Shown here piece by piece: positions 14,072-24,093 of a DNA stretch of 64,000 nt. A program made the position numbers and the translations under genes. The number at the start of each line of letters is the position of its first letter. Position 1 is the stretch's first letter. Source of the stretch: an uncultured Candidatus Saccharibacteria bacterium (GTDB taxonomy: Bacteria; Patescibacteriota; Minisyncoccia; Phycocordibacterales; UBA9973); the NCBI GenBank assembly GCA_964440545.1, contig CAYTSO010000002.1, positions 8,636-72,635 of the forward strand. The letters are read 5' to 3'. The notes under the pieces are model-generated. The model searched no databases and was not told the DNA's origin. It saw nothing but the letters and a program-made list of their open reading frames with translations.

Positions 14072-15886
14072 TTATCTTTTTGTTTTAATTTCCTCCAAAA
14101 GTTTTGAGAGTAGCTCCTCTTTTCCAATTTGCCCGAGCTGGCCGGAGTCGCGTGATTCCAGGGTGATTTTATCTGCTTCGATTTCTTTATCACCAATGAC
14201 AATCCAGTAGGGGATTTTGTTATTTTTCGCATCGCGTACTTTTCCACCCAAGTTTTTGTCTTCGTCATCGAGTTCTGCACGAATACCATTTTCTTTTAAC
14301 AATTCAAAAATTTTTTTCGCATATTCATTATGATTTTCTCTTACTGGGATCACTTTTACCTGGACAGGAGAGAGCCAGAGAGGGAAGGCGCCGGCGTAAT
14401 GCTCAATTAAGAGCCCAATAAACCTTTCAAAGCTTCCAAATAGGGCTCGATGAAGCATATAGGTTCTTTCTTGTTCACCCTTTGAGTTTGTGAATGTTAT
14501 ATTGAATCTTTCCGGCAGGTTGAAATCAAATTGCAAAGTTGAACATTGCCACAATCTTCCCAATGCGTCTTTTATTTTGAAATCCAACTTGGGTCCATAA
14601 AATGCTGCTTCCCCTTTTTCTTCTTGGAAATCCAGTTTCTTTTCAAGAGCGATTTTTCTTAATACTCCTTCTGTGAAATCCCAGCCAACATCATTGCCTG
14701 CGTATTTGTTTTTGTCTTCGGGATCTCTCAGGGAAAGGAAGACTTTTACTTTTTCTATATCAAAACCAAAGGATTTATAAATAAAAAGTATAAAATCTAT
14801 AACTCTTTTTAATTCTTCTTCTACCTGATCCTTTCTGCAAATAATATGAGCATCGTCTTGGGTAAACCCCCTTACCCTGGTAAGGCCAGACAATTCTCCT
14901 CTTTTTTCAAATCGATAAACTGTACCGCACTCTGCCCACCTAACAGGCAAATCACGATATGATTTTGGATTGTCTTTAAATATCTGAACATGAAACGGAC
15001 AATTCATCGGCTTTAAAAGATATTCTTCGGAAACCTCCGCTTTTTTGTTTTGTTGTTTTTCTTCGAGGGTTTGACCCACTTCGATTGGTGGGTACATGCT
15101 GGTGTTATAAAATCCCCAATGCCCTGATGTTTCCCAAAGAATTCTGTTCCCTATATGTGGAGTTTTTACCAAGTCGTATCCGTTTTTCAGGTGTTCTTTA
15201 TACCAAAATTCTTCAATAATTCTCCACAAAAGTGCACCCTTAGGGTGCCACAAAGGAAGTCCAGACCCTACCAGTTCATCAATGTGGAAAAGGTCTAATT
15301 CTTTTCCTAGTTTTCGATGATCCCTCTTTTTTGCTTCTTCTCTTTTGCTTAAATATTCATTAAGTTCCTCCTTGGTTTCGAAGGCGAGTCCGTAAATACG
15401 GGTAAGCATTTTGTTTTTTTCGTCTCCACGCCAGTATGCTCCGGCGATGCGGTCGAGCTTAAATGCGCTTGGGTCAATTTCTTTTGCCGGATTTTCCAAA
15501 TGTCCACCACGGCAGAGGTCAGTAAATTTGCCAGAAGTGTAAAGAGTAATTTTTTCACCCTTCTCTGCAATTTCATTTATGATCTCTATTTTATAAGGGT
15601 TATCCGCAAAATATTTTTTTGTCTCTTCTGCACTTTTTTCTTCATGTGAAAATTCCTTCCAGGTCTTTAGAAGTTCACGCATTTTCTTTTCAATTTTTGG
15701 TAAATCCTTGTCTGAAATAGGGGAGCTGAAATCAAAATCGTAATAAAAACCGTCCTCAATAGGTGGACCTAAGGTTACCTTGGTGTCTGGATAAATCTCC
15801 AAAACTGCGGCAGCTAGTAGGTGAGCCAAGGAATGTTTTAAATTGTGTAATTTATCTTCATTTGCCATATTCATCCATAATATCAC
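14072..15886 (-). CDS. thrS: threonine--tRNA ligase. The ORF opens directly with the second-domain motif HSLAHLL (no N-terminal TGS region). An ATG at ~15868 or 15874 is probably the true start.
   Basis: HSLAHLLAAAV motif, a class II catalytic core and an anticodon-binding C-terminus. Confidence 0.9.
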   Translation of the reverse strand: MILWMNMANEDKLHNLKHSLAHLLAAAVLEIYPDTKVTLGPPIEDGFYYDFDFSSPISDKDLPKIEKKMRELLKTWKEFSHEEKSAEETKKYFADNPYKIEIINEIAEKGEKITLYTSGKFTDLCRGGHLENPAKEIDPSAFKLDRIAGAYWRGDEKNKMLTRIYGLAFETKEELNEYLSKREEAKKRDHRKLGKELDLFHIDELVGSGLPLWHPKGALLWRIIEEFWYKEHLKNGYDLVKTPHIGNRILWETSGHWGFYNTSMYPPIEVGQTLEEKQQNKKAEVSEEYLLKPMNCPFHVQIFKDNPKSYRDLPVRWAECGTVYRFEKRGELSGLTRVRGFTQDDAHIICRKDQVEEELKRVIDFILFIYKSFGFDIEKVKVFLSLRDPEDKNKYAGNDVGWDFTEGVLRKIALEKKLDFQEEKGEAAFYGPKLDFKIKDALGRLWQCSTLQFDFNLPERFNITFTNSKGEQERTYMLHRALFGSFERFIGLLIEHYAGAFPLWLSPVQVKVIPVRENHNEYAKKIFELLKENGIRAELDDEDKNLGGKVRDAKNNKIPYWIVIGDKEIEADKITLESRDSGQLGQIGKEELLSKLLEEIKTKR

Positions 15887-15931
15887 GTTTTATTTTGCAT
15901 TTCATCTTTAATATGCTAGGATAGAAGCATT

Positions 15932-16162
15932 ATGGTAGTACGAATGAGACATACAAAATCGCATACAGCAAACCGACGCTCCCACCATGCTTTGGAGAGC
16001 ACGAGTTTTTCTAAGTGCGAGAATTGCAAAGCCTTAAAACGACGTCATACCGTCTGCTCTGCTTGCGGTTTTTACCGAGGAAAAAAGGTTTTGGATTTGA
16101 TAAAAAAGACCGAAAAGAAGCAAAAGAAAGCAAAGGCAAAAAAAGTTGAACAAGGCAAGTAA
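15932..16162 (+). CDS. rpmF: 50S ribosomal protein L32 with a Lys-rich C-terminal tail
   Basis: MRHTKSHTANRRSHHAL...CSACGFYRGKKV fits the L32 consensus. Confidence 0.8.
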   Translation: MVVRMRHTKSHTANRRSHHALESTSFSKCENCKALKRRHTVCSACGFYRGKKVLDLIKKTEKKQKKAKAKKVEQGK

Positions 16163-16185
16163 TTTATTAGTGAGTGGCTACATTT

Positions 16186-16262
16186 CTTAAAATTTTTTCC
16201 TCCTGCGCCCTTCTCCTTCGGAGTGGGACCTCGGAGTTAAAAAATTTTAAGAAATTTCGCTT
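16186..16262 (+). promoter_or_regulatory. long inverted-repeat structured element between rpmF and nusB (terminator or leader structure)
   Basis: Arms TTCTTAAAATTTTTTCCTCC and GGAGTTAAAAAATTTTAAGAA flank an inner CTCC-TTCG-GAG hairpin. Confidence 0.35.
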
Positions 16263-16270
16263 CTAAAGAT

Positions 16271-17191
16271 ATGGCAAATAGGCACCTTTCAAGATCAATA
16301 GTGCTCCAGACGCTTTTCGAGTGGGATTTTTTATCTGAGGACAAAAAGAATAAAGGTCTTGCTGATAGGGAAATTCAAGATATTCTAAAAAGAAATATAA
16401 AGGAATTCGCTCCTGGTTTTGAGGACGATACTTTTGTGTTTTTGCTTCTAGAAAAGATACTTAAAAAACGCATAACTATTGATGAAATTATCGAAAAAGC
16501 GGCACCTGATTGGCCGATAGATAAAATTTCGGTTATCGATAGAAATATTTTAAGAATTGGATTAACAGAACTTCTTTTTGGTGACCGAAAAGAGGTCCCG
16601 CCCAAGGTGGCCATTAACGAAGCCATTGAGTTAGCAAAAACTTTTGGCGGGGAAAATTCTGGTAAATTTGTGAACGGGGTTCTTGGGGCGGTTTATAAAG
16701 AGATGGGGGAACCAGGTAAAGAACAAGTGAGTAAAAAGAAAAAACAAGAAGAAATTCTAGATGTTGCAAAATTGCCTGTCGAAACTCTGGGGGGTGCTCT
16801 TGTTTATTCAAAAAAAGGCGGAGAAGTTTTGTTCGCCATGGTGCACGATGTTTTTGGTTATTGGACTTTATCAAAAGGAAAAATTGAAAAAGGAGAGGAT
16901 ATTGAAGAAGGAACAAAGAGGGCTGTAAAAAAAGAAATAGGATTAGATATTGAAGTGGAAGAAAGATTGGGGGAAAATGAATATGTTGCTTCTCACCCAG
17001 AAAAAGGAAAAAGTTTGAAAAAAGTAATGTACTTTCTAGCCAAAAGTGAAAACAAAGAACTTGTTCTGGAAAAGTCCGGAGGACTAGACGGGGCGCGATG
17101 GTTTCCTCTTTCGTCTATTCCAGAACTTCGCATCTATAACGATATCATTCCTTTAATCGGGAGAGCGATTGAAATTATTAGCAAAAAATAA
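16271..17191 (+). CDS. nusB: NusB antitermination factor fused to a C-terminal NUDIX hydrolase domain
   Basis: Residues 1-140 are NusB-like (SRSIVLQTLFEWDF...ESGKFVNGVLGAV). The C-terminus carries the NUDIX box SKGKIEKGEDIEEGTKRAVKKEIGL. A single uninterrupted ORF. Confidence 0.75.
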   Translation: MANRHLSRSIVLQTLFEWDFLSEDKKNKGLADREIQDILKRNIKEFAPGFEDDTFVFLLLEKILKKRITIDEIIEKAAPDWPIDKISVIDRNILRIGLTELLFGDRKEVPPKVAINEAIELAKTFGGENSGKFVNGVLGAVYKEMGEPGKEQVSKKKKQEEILDVAKLPVETLGGALVYSKKGGEVLFAMVHDVFGYWTLSKGKIEKGEDIEEGTKRAVKKEIGLDIEVEERLGENEYVASHPEKGKSLKKVMYFLAKSENKELVLEKSGGLDGARWFPLSSIPELRIYNDIIPLIGRAIEIISKK

Positions 17192-17196
17192 AAAGC

Positions 17197-17892
17197 ATGA
17201 TACAATTTTCAGATTTTGAGAAAAAAATAAAAGTAATCTTTAAAGACAAGAACTTGTTAAAGCAATCTTTTATTCATCGTTCTTATATAAACGAAAATCC
17301 GGGGACAAATTTGTCCCACAATGAGCGACTAGAGTTTTTGGGAGACGCAGTTCTAGAACTTATTGTTACAGATTTTTTATATAAAAAATATCCACAATAC
17401 ACAGAGGGGGAGCTGACTAGTCTTCGTTCCGCCTTAGTAAATGCCATTATTATTTCTGAGGTAGCGGGGGAGATAGAAATGAACGATTATTTGCTTTTAT
17501 CTAAAGGAGAGGCTAAAGACAAAGGCAAAGCAAGACAGTATATCTTGGCCAACACCTACGAAGCACTTATCGGAGCAATGTATTTAGACCAAGGGTACGA
17601 AGTAGCAGATAAGTTTGTAGCGAAGACGCTATTATCAAAAACCGAAGAAATAGTGAACAAGAAACTATGGCGTGATGCGAAATCATTGGTTCAAGAAAAA
17701 GCGCAAGAATTTGTATCGGTTACCCCTGCCTACAAGGTTTTAAGCGAATCTGGGCCGGATCACAATAAACACTTTACGGTCGGTATTTATTTCGGTGCTG
17801 ATTTAATCGCGGAAGGTAAAGGAAAAAGCAAACAAGAGGCGGAACAAAGCGCCGCCACATCCGCATTAAAAGCAAAAAACTGGTTGGATTAA
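17197..17892 (+). CDS. rnc: ribonuclease III
   Basis: Signature ERLEFLGDAVLELIV plus a C-terminal dsRBD. Confidence 0.9.
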   Translation: MIQFSDFEKKIKVIFKDKNLLKQSFIHRSYINENPGTNLSHNERLEFLGDAVLELIVTDFLYKKYPQYTEGELTSLRSALVNAIIISEVAGEIEMNDYLLLSKGEAKDKGKARQYILANTYEALIGAMYLDQGYEVADKFVAKTLLSKTEEIVNKKLWRDAKSLVQEKAQEFVSVTPAYKVLSESGPDHNKHFTVGIYFGADLIAEGKGKSKQEAEQSAATSALKAKNWLD

Positions 17893-17895
17893 GTA

Positions 17896-20142
17896 TTGGA
17901 ACAAATTATGCGACTTAAAACACTTCAACTTAACGGCTTTAAATCTTTTGCCCAAAAAACTGTTTTGGAATTTGAAAACCCTATTGTGGCCATTGTTGGT
18001 CCGAATGGTTCTGGAAAATCAAACGTAGTGGAAGCAATTCGTTTTGTGCTAGGAGAACAGTCAATGAAATCCATGCGGGGCAAGGGAGGAGCGGATCTTA
18101 TTTTTAAGGGTTCAAAAAATTTATCTAAAGGATCAAAGGCCTCTGTAAGTATTTATTTTAACAACGCAGACAAGGTTTTTAAGCTCTTGGATGACGGAGG
18201 GGAAGAAATAAATTTAAATTATGATGTTATCTCGATTTCCCGCGAGGTTTTTTCTGATGGTTTGAATAAGTATATTTTAAATGGATCAGAGGTCAGATTA
18301 AAAGACATTCACAATTTATTGGCCTCCGTAAATATTGGATCCTCCGGGCATCATATCATTTCTCAAGGTGAAGCAGACAGAATTCTAAACGCGAACGCCA
18401 AAGAAAAAAAAGAGATGGTAGAGGATGCGCTCGGGCTCAAAATCTATCAATATAAAATAAAAGAATCAGAAAGAAAACTAGAAAAGACAAACGAGAACAT
18501 GAAGGAAGTTGTTATGTTACGAAGAGAAAACGCCCCTCATTTAAATTTTTTAAAGAAACAAGTAGAAAAATTTGAGAAAACAAAAGAGCTACAAACAGAA
18601 TTACTGGTTCTTTACAGGGAATATTTAAAAAAAGAAAGTGTTTATTTAGAACAAGAAAAGGGAAATCTGTCGGGGGAACGAAACAAGCTATCAGTAGAAC
18701 TAAAGAGCATAAATGAAAAAATATCTACGACAGAGAAGGGCGATTCCTTAAAGGAGAATAAAAAAATAGAAGAATTGCGGTCCCTAGAACAAAAAATAAA
18801 TTCCATTCGAGGAGTAAAAAACGAAATGGAGCGAAAACTTGGTCGCATAGAGGGAATGATTGAGATGGAGGAACGCAGAAAGGAACAGAAGTCCACCTTT
18901 GTTGAAATTTCCCAGGAGGAAATAAAAAACATTATAGCCGAAATAAACGATTCCCTTGACATGGCTTTTGGCAAGCAGAGCTTAGAGGAGATTAAACCAA
19001 TTCTCGAAAGTATAAAAAATATTCTTAAGAAATTTTCTCAAGGTGAAAAGGAAAAAGAAAATCATAATCTAGAGATAGAGAATCTAAAAAGGACCCAAAG
19101 GGAAATTCTTAAGGAAACAGCAGAAATAGAAAATAAAGAAAAAGAAATCTCTCAAAATATTGAGAAATTAAAACAAGAAATAAACGTCGAAATGGAAGCC
19201 TTGAGAGACCTAGAAAGGGAGAAGTTCGCATTTAAGGTAAGACAGCAAGAATTATCTTCTGCTTTGGAACTTGTGACAATAAGAGAGGAAAACTTAAGAA
19301 ACAGAAAAGAAGCTTTTGAAAATGAAATAAAGGAAGGAGCTGCGCTTCTTGGTCCTGAAATATTGGCTTATAAGAATCTTGAAATTAATGAGAGTGGTTC
19401 TGGCTTAACTCCGGAGGAAGAAAAGAAAAAAATTGAACGTATTAAAATAAAACTGGAAGATGCTGGGCTGGGGAATGGAGCGGAACTCATTAAAGAATAT
19501 AATGAAGTATCTGAAAGGGATCAGTTCTTAGCAAAGGAGCTTGATGATTTGGAAAAAAGCATTGAATCCTTGCAAAATTTGATTGCAGAATTAAAAGAAA
19601 AAATTGAAAAAGAATTCAATGAGGGGGTCAAAAAAATCAATGTAGAATTTCAAGAATTTTTCTCACTGATGTTTGGGGGTGGACATGGCTCACTTTCTAT
19701 CATTGAAATTAAGAAAAGAAAATCAGCTGAAATAGATGAAGAGAGCGAGGAAGCAGAAGAGCTAGAAGATGATGAAATTGTAATTGAAAAGGGAATAGAA
19801 ATAAATGTTTCGCTTCCGCATAAAAAAGTTAAAGAATTACAGGCGCTTTCCGGCGGAGAAAGATCTCTTACTTCCATTGCTCTTCTTTTTGCCATGTCGC
19901 AAGTTAATCCACCGCCATTCTTGGTGCTAGACGAAACTGATGCTGCCTTAGACGAAGCAAATTCTCGCAAGTATGGAGATATGCTGGAAAAATTGTCTAA
20001 ACATTCTCAGCTTATCGTCGTCACTCACAATCGCGAGACCATGTCTCGCGCTGGCGTGCTTTACGGTGTCACCATCGGAGCCAACGAAGCCTCCAAGCTC
20101 CTTTCCGTAAAATTCGAAGAAGCTACTCAGATTGCGAAGTAA
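17896..20142 (+). CDS. smc: SMC-like chromosome segregation ATPase: short, apparently hinge-less, 748 aa
   Basis: N-terminal Walker A GPNGSGKSN, long coiled coils, C-terminal ABC signature LSGGERSLTSIALLFA and Walker B LVLDETDAALD. No hinge domain is detectable. Confidence 0.8.
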   Translation: MEQIMRLKTLQLNGFKSFAQKTVLEFENPIVAIVGPNGSGKSNVVEAIRFVLGEQSMKSMRGKGGADLIFKGSKNLSKGSKASVSIYFNNADKVFKLLDDGGEEINLNYDVISISREVFSDGLNKYILNGSEVRLKDIHNLLASVNIGSSGHHIISQGEADRILNANAKEKKEMVEDALGLKIYQYKIKESERKLEKTNENMKEVVMLRRENAPHLNFLKKQVEKFEKTKELQTELLVLYREYLKKESVYLEQEKGNLSGERNKLSVELKSINEKISTTEKGDSLKENKKIEELRSLEQKINSIRGVKNEMERKLGRIEGMIEMEERRKEQKSTFVEISQEEIKNIIAEINDSLDMAFGKQSLEEIKPILESIKNILKKFSQGEKEKENHNLEIENLKRTQREILKETAEIENKEKEISQNIEKLKQEINVEMEALRDLEREKFAFKVRQQELSSALELVTIREENLRNRKEAFENEIKEGAALLGPEILAYKNLEINESGSGLTPEEEKKKIERIKIKLEDAGLGNGAELIKEYNEVSERDQFLAKELDDLEKSIESLQNLIAELKEKIEKEFNEGVKKINVEFQEFFSLMFGGGHGSLSIIEIKKRKSAEIDEESEEAEELEDDEIVIEKGIEINVSLPHKKVKELQALSGGERSLTSIALLFAMSQVNPPPFLVLDETDAALDEANSRKYGDMLEKLSKHSQLIVVTHNRETMSRAGVLYGVTIGANEASKLLSVKFEEATQIAK

Positions 20143-22027
20143 ATTTTACTCTCTCTTCATCTCCCAAGGTTACCTTTTCTATTTGAAATACAGAATTTTG
20201 CTGAGTAGTATTTTTGGTAGCGGTTATGGAGCCATCCTTAAATAATTTTAATTCCAATAACATACCTTGCATGGTTGGCTTGCTCCAAGATTGATCAAAG
20301 ATAAAATTACCAAGCGAGTAAGCAATATAGCCATTTTTATAAACTTCCGTATCTTCTATCACATGGGGGTGAGTTCCGATAACAACTTTTGCACCGTTGT
20401 CGATTGCTTTATGTGCCAAAAGTTCCTGTCTTTCATTGTGCTTGGTTATATATTCTTCTCCGAAGTGGAAAGCAACAATTAGGTAATCAACTTGTGAGGA
20501 TGCGTTTTTTACTATTTCATCAAAATTAGGATCGCTGGCAAGCAAAACTCCGGCTTGATCTGCGTCAGCCACCATGTTGTTCGGACCCTTGTCTGTGAAG
20601 CCTAGAAAGCCTATTTTTATTCCATATTTTTCTATAATTGCTGGCGTGGTGGCTTCTGCTTTGTTATTCCCTCCACCAGTATAAAGAATCTCATTTTCTT
20701 TTAAGCGAGCCATGGTATCAACAAAAGCGGCACGCCCCCAATCTCCCATGTGGTTGTTTGCTAGAGATAAGACACTTACCCCTGCGCCCTTCAGGGCTGG
20801 AATAACAGAAGGACTCATTCTGAAGGAATACAAATTTTTCTGATCAATACCCTGGTCCGAGACAGGACCCTCCAGGTTAGCAAAAAAAATGTCAGTGTTT
20901 CTTAGTAGCTCCAGCAAATTATCAGATTTTTCAAAAAGAGCCGAGTAGTCATTGTTGAAATTTTTTATAACCGAATTTCTAACCCCTCTATCCAGCATTA
21001 TGTCGCCAGCGAAGGTAAGCGTCACGAAGTTTTGGTCTCGGAAATCAGGCATTCCGATTTTTTCTTCTACCCAGTTGGTATTTGCATCAGCCTCTCCCCC
21101 GTAATATACATTTTTTTTAAGATATTTAAGAATGGCCTCAACATCTTTGCGCCGATCAGGGCTTTGTAAAAGAGTAATCGCAATAGGGCGAAGGCCAGAT
21201 TCTCCGAGAGGCAGATCAAAAAGAGAGATAACTGTTTGTTTTGCTTCATCTGTATATCCGCTTTTACCCCCTAGGTAACCCTCTCTGCCCAAAAATTGGC
21301 TAATATTTGACCAACTGTGTTGTTTGTTTGAATAACTTCTTTTGGTGCTGATCTCAAATAAATCTGGTTGTTGTTTTTTTATATAACCGGCTAATTTGAA
21401 CATATCTGATACGGTGGATTGATTGTAGGGAGTAAGCCCGCTTGGGTCCTCGTAAGAAGTGGAAGTCATTTGCAAGCTTGCTGCCTCTTGATTCATGTTT
21501 GCAATAAAACTATTTCTGCCAAAATACAGAGCGAGAGCCTCAGCGGCATCATTGCTAGACTCCAGGAGAAGGGGATATATCAAATCGCTAATTTTTATTT
21601 TTTCCCCTAGTCTCAATTCTCCATTTTGGCCAGAAGTGGCTATGGCTCGTTGAGTTATTTTTGTCTCTTCATTTGGGTTGGCCAATTTTCTAGTTATCAG
21701 TGCGGTCATTAATTTAGTAGTAGAAGCGATGGGAAATTTTTTATTTTCATTTTTTGCCAGAATTATTTCTCCGGTGTTTAAATCGCCGACTAGATATGCC
21801 TTAGCAGACACCCTTGGTTCTTCGCTAGTCCCATTATTAACGTAATGATATTGAAATTTTATCTCTTCCTTTTCTTCTTCTGGTGATAATCCTTGTATTA
21901 CCGAAGCCTCATTTTGCAGGCCCACAACCTTTTCTTCAAGAAAAGAGAACGCTACGTTTGCCAGGGATATTCCGATGATCACTGAAAATAACCCCCATAA
22001 AATTTTTGTATTTAAGAATCTTTTCAT
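20123..22027 (-). CDS. Secreted fusion protein: N-terminal D-alanyl-D-alanine carboxypeptidase (peptidase S11, PBP5-like) plus a C-terminal CapA/PgsA-type metallophosphatase domain
   Basis: Signal/TM at the N-terminus. S11 motifs SxxK (ASTTKLM), SxN (SSND) and KSG. The C-terminal half has CapA-like motifs (TFAGDIMLDRG, ANLEGPV, LANNHMGDWG, GTHPHV). Confidence 0.7.
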   Translation of the reverse strand: MKRFLNTKILWGLFSVIIGISLANVAFSFLEEKVVGLQNEASVIQGLSPEEEKEEIKFQYHYVNNGTSEEPRVSAKAYLVGDLNTGEIILAKNENKKFPIASTTKLMTALITRKLANPNEETKITQRAIATSGQNGELRLGEKIKISDLIYPLLLESSNDAAEALALYFGRNSFIANMNQEAASLQMTSTSYEDPSGLTPYNQSTVSDMFKLAGYIKKQQPDLFEISTKRSYSNKQHSWSNISQFLGREGYLGGKSGYTDEAKQTVISLFDLPLGESGLRPIAITLLQSPDRRKDVEAILKYLKKNVYYGGEADANTNWVEEKIGMPDFRDQNFVTLTFAGDIMLDRGVRNSVIKNFNNDYSALFEKSDNLLELLRNTDIFFANLEGPVSDQGIDQKNLYSFRMSPSVIPALKGAGVSVLSLANNHMGDWGRAAFVDTMARLKENEILYTGGGNNKAEATTPAIIEKYGIKIGFLGFTDKGPNNMVADADQAGVLLASDPNFDEIVKNASSQVDYLIVAFHFGEEYITKHNERQELLAHKAIDNGAKVVIGTHPHVIEDTEVYKNGYIAYSLGNFIFDQSWSKPTMQGMLLELKLFKDGSITATKNTTQQNSVFQIEKVTLGDEERVKFTSQSE

Positions 22028-23976
22028 ATTAAAACATAATCTATTGTTTTTCTTTCTAAATCAACTGCTTTTACTTTTATTTTAACACGATCCCCAAATC
22101 GATATTTTTTCTTCTTTTTTTGACCAACTAATTCAAGCTTTTTTTCGTTAAAAATATAAAAATCATCACTCATATCTCTTGTTCGCACCAATCCTTCGCA
22201 TTTTGTTTCCAGTTCTTCCACGTAGATTCCCCATTCTGTTATTCCACTGATTAACCCTTCAAAACTTTTTCCCAAACGGGAGGACATATATTCCACCTGT
22301 TTATATTTTACAGAAGCGCGTTCTGCCTCGGAGGCTCTTTTTTCCTGCTCAGAGGAAAGAAGGGCGATTTTTTCATATTCACTGAATTTTTCTTTTCCTA
22401 TCTTTTTCTTAATTAAATAGTCTTTCAGCAATCTGTGTACCACAATATCCGGATATCTTCTGATGGGAGAAGTAAAGTGCGTATAATACTGAAAGGCGAG
22501 TCCGTAGTGCCCGATATTTTTAGTGGAATAGATTGCTTTAGCCATAGATCGGATGACTGCGCGATGAACGGTGTCTGCTTCGTTTTTTCCAGCGAGGCTC
22601 TTTAAAAGCTTGTTAATTTCAGATGTCGGTATAATGCCATTTTTAAGAGATATTTTATATCCCAGACTTCGCAGAAAAAACGCCAAGTCCGCCATTTTTT
22701 CCTTATTAGGCAGGTCATGTATGCGATAAATAGATATATTATCATCACTTAAGCCTGCGATTTTTTTAGGAGATAAAATTTCCGCGACTTTTTTATTTGC
22801 TAAAAGCATAAACTCCTCAATCAGCTTATTGGAATCTCCGCGTTCTTTTTTTATTACTTTCAAAGGCACTCCTTTTTCGTCCAAAATAAATTTTACCTCT
22901 TCTTGATCAAGGGAAATGGCTCCTTTGGCAAATCTTTCCTTGGTTAGTTTTTTTGCTAGATTATTCAAAACTGAAAGCTCCTTGTGAAAAACAGCAGAAG
23001 GTTTTTTAATTGAATCTTCCGCCTCCTCGTAGGTAAACCTTTTTTGTGAATGAATAACTGTTTGGCCGAACCACTGACTTTTTATTTTAGCATTTTTGTC
23101 TAGCACAAAAACTGCGCTCATGGTAAGGCGATCCTTCTGTGGAACAAGACTGCATAAATCATTGGAAAGAATTTCTGGAAGCATTGGGATGGTTCTGTCT
23201 ACTAAATAAACAGAAGTTCCTCTTTCTTGAGCCTCGAGATCAAGGGGATTGCCAGTTTTGACATAGTGGGATACATCAGCAATGTGTATGCCTATCTCGT
23301 AATCATTACCAATCTCTCTAAAAGAAATTGCGTCATCAAAATCTTTTGCATCCGACGGGTCAATGGTAAACGTTAAAATTTTTCTGAAATCCCGACGCCC
23401 TATATAATCGCTTCTTTTTATTCCCTCCTGTTTAATTTTTTTTGCCTCTTCCTCAACCCTACTTGGAAGTTCTGCCACAAAGCCCTTTTCTATGGCAATA
23501 GCATGCATTTCCGCATCGTTGTCTCCCGGGCGACCAAGAATTTTTACTATTTCTCCCTCTGGCACCTTGCGAGGATCATTCCATAAATTTATTTTCACAA
23601 AAACCTTTTGTCCTACAGTTGCTCCGTTTAAAAATTTTTCCGGGATTAAAATATCCGTATACATTTTTGTGTCATCCGGCCGTAAAAAAAATAAACAGTC
23701 TTCTTTTTCCAATATGCCCGTGAAACTAGTTTTAGTGCGACTCAATATTTTTAGTACTTCTCCAGTTTGCCTGGTTTGTTTTTTGGGGTGGAGTACTATT
23801 TCTACAGTGTCTCCGTGTAGGGCAGTGTTTAAATGCTTAAAATCCACTTCTACATCCTCCTTTTGATCCAGGATCCTAACGTATCCCGTACCTTTGGCCG
23901 AAATAGATATTATCCCTTGTTGCTTATTTGGACTAGCTTTGCCCAATTTTTTCCAATCTCCCTTTTTGTGTTTCAT
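22024..23976 (-). CDS. rnr: ribonuclease R / RNB-family 3'-5' exoribonuclease with a C-terminal S1 domain
   Basis: RNB motifs DPSDAKDFDDAISF and HIADVSHYV. The C-terminus is S1-like and Lys-rich. Confidence 0.85.
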   Translation of the reverse strand: MKHKKGDWKKLGKASPNKQQGIISISAKGTGYVRILDQKEDVEVDFKHLNTALHGDTVEIVLHPKKQTRQTGEVLKILSRTKTSFTGILEKEDCLFFLRPDDTKMYTDILIPEKFLNGATVGQKVFVKINLWNDPRKVPEGEIVKILGRPGDNDAEMHAIAIEKGFVAELPSRVEEEAKKIKQEGIKRSDYIGRRDFRKILTFTIDPSDAKDFDDAISFREIGNDYEIGIHIADVSHYVKTGNPLDLEAQERGTSVYLVDRTIPMLPEILSNDLCSLVPQKDRLTMSAVFVLDKNAKIKSQWFGQTVIHSQKRFTYEEAEDSIKKPSAVFHKELSVLNNLAKKLTKERFAKGAISLDQEEVKFILDEKGVPLKVIKKERGDSNKLIEEFMLLANKKVAEILSPKKIAGLSDDNISIYRIHDLPNKEKMADLAFFLRSLGYKISLKNGIIPTSEINKLLKSLAGKNEADTVHRAVIRSMAKAIYSTKNIGHYGLAFQYYTHFTSPIRRYPDIVVHRLLKDYLIKKKIGKEKFSEYEKIALLSSEQEKRASEAERASVKYKQVEYMSSRLGKSFEGLISGITEWGIYVEELETKCEGLVRTRDMSDDFYIFNEKKLELVGQKKKKKYRFGDRVKIKVKAVDLERKTIDYVLI

Positions 23977-24093
23977 TAGATTAAATATACCTCAACACTT
24001 ATCTTTAATCAAAGAATCCAAAGATAAGTGTTGGGGTATAGCACAAAAACTCAAATCCATTGCTTTTTAAGTTTTTTATGTTAAGCTACAAGA

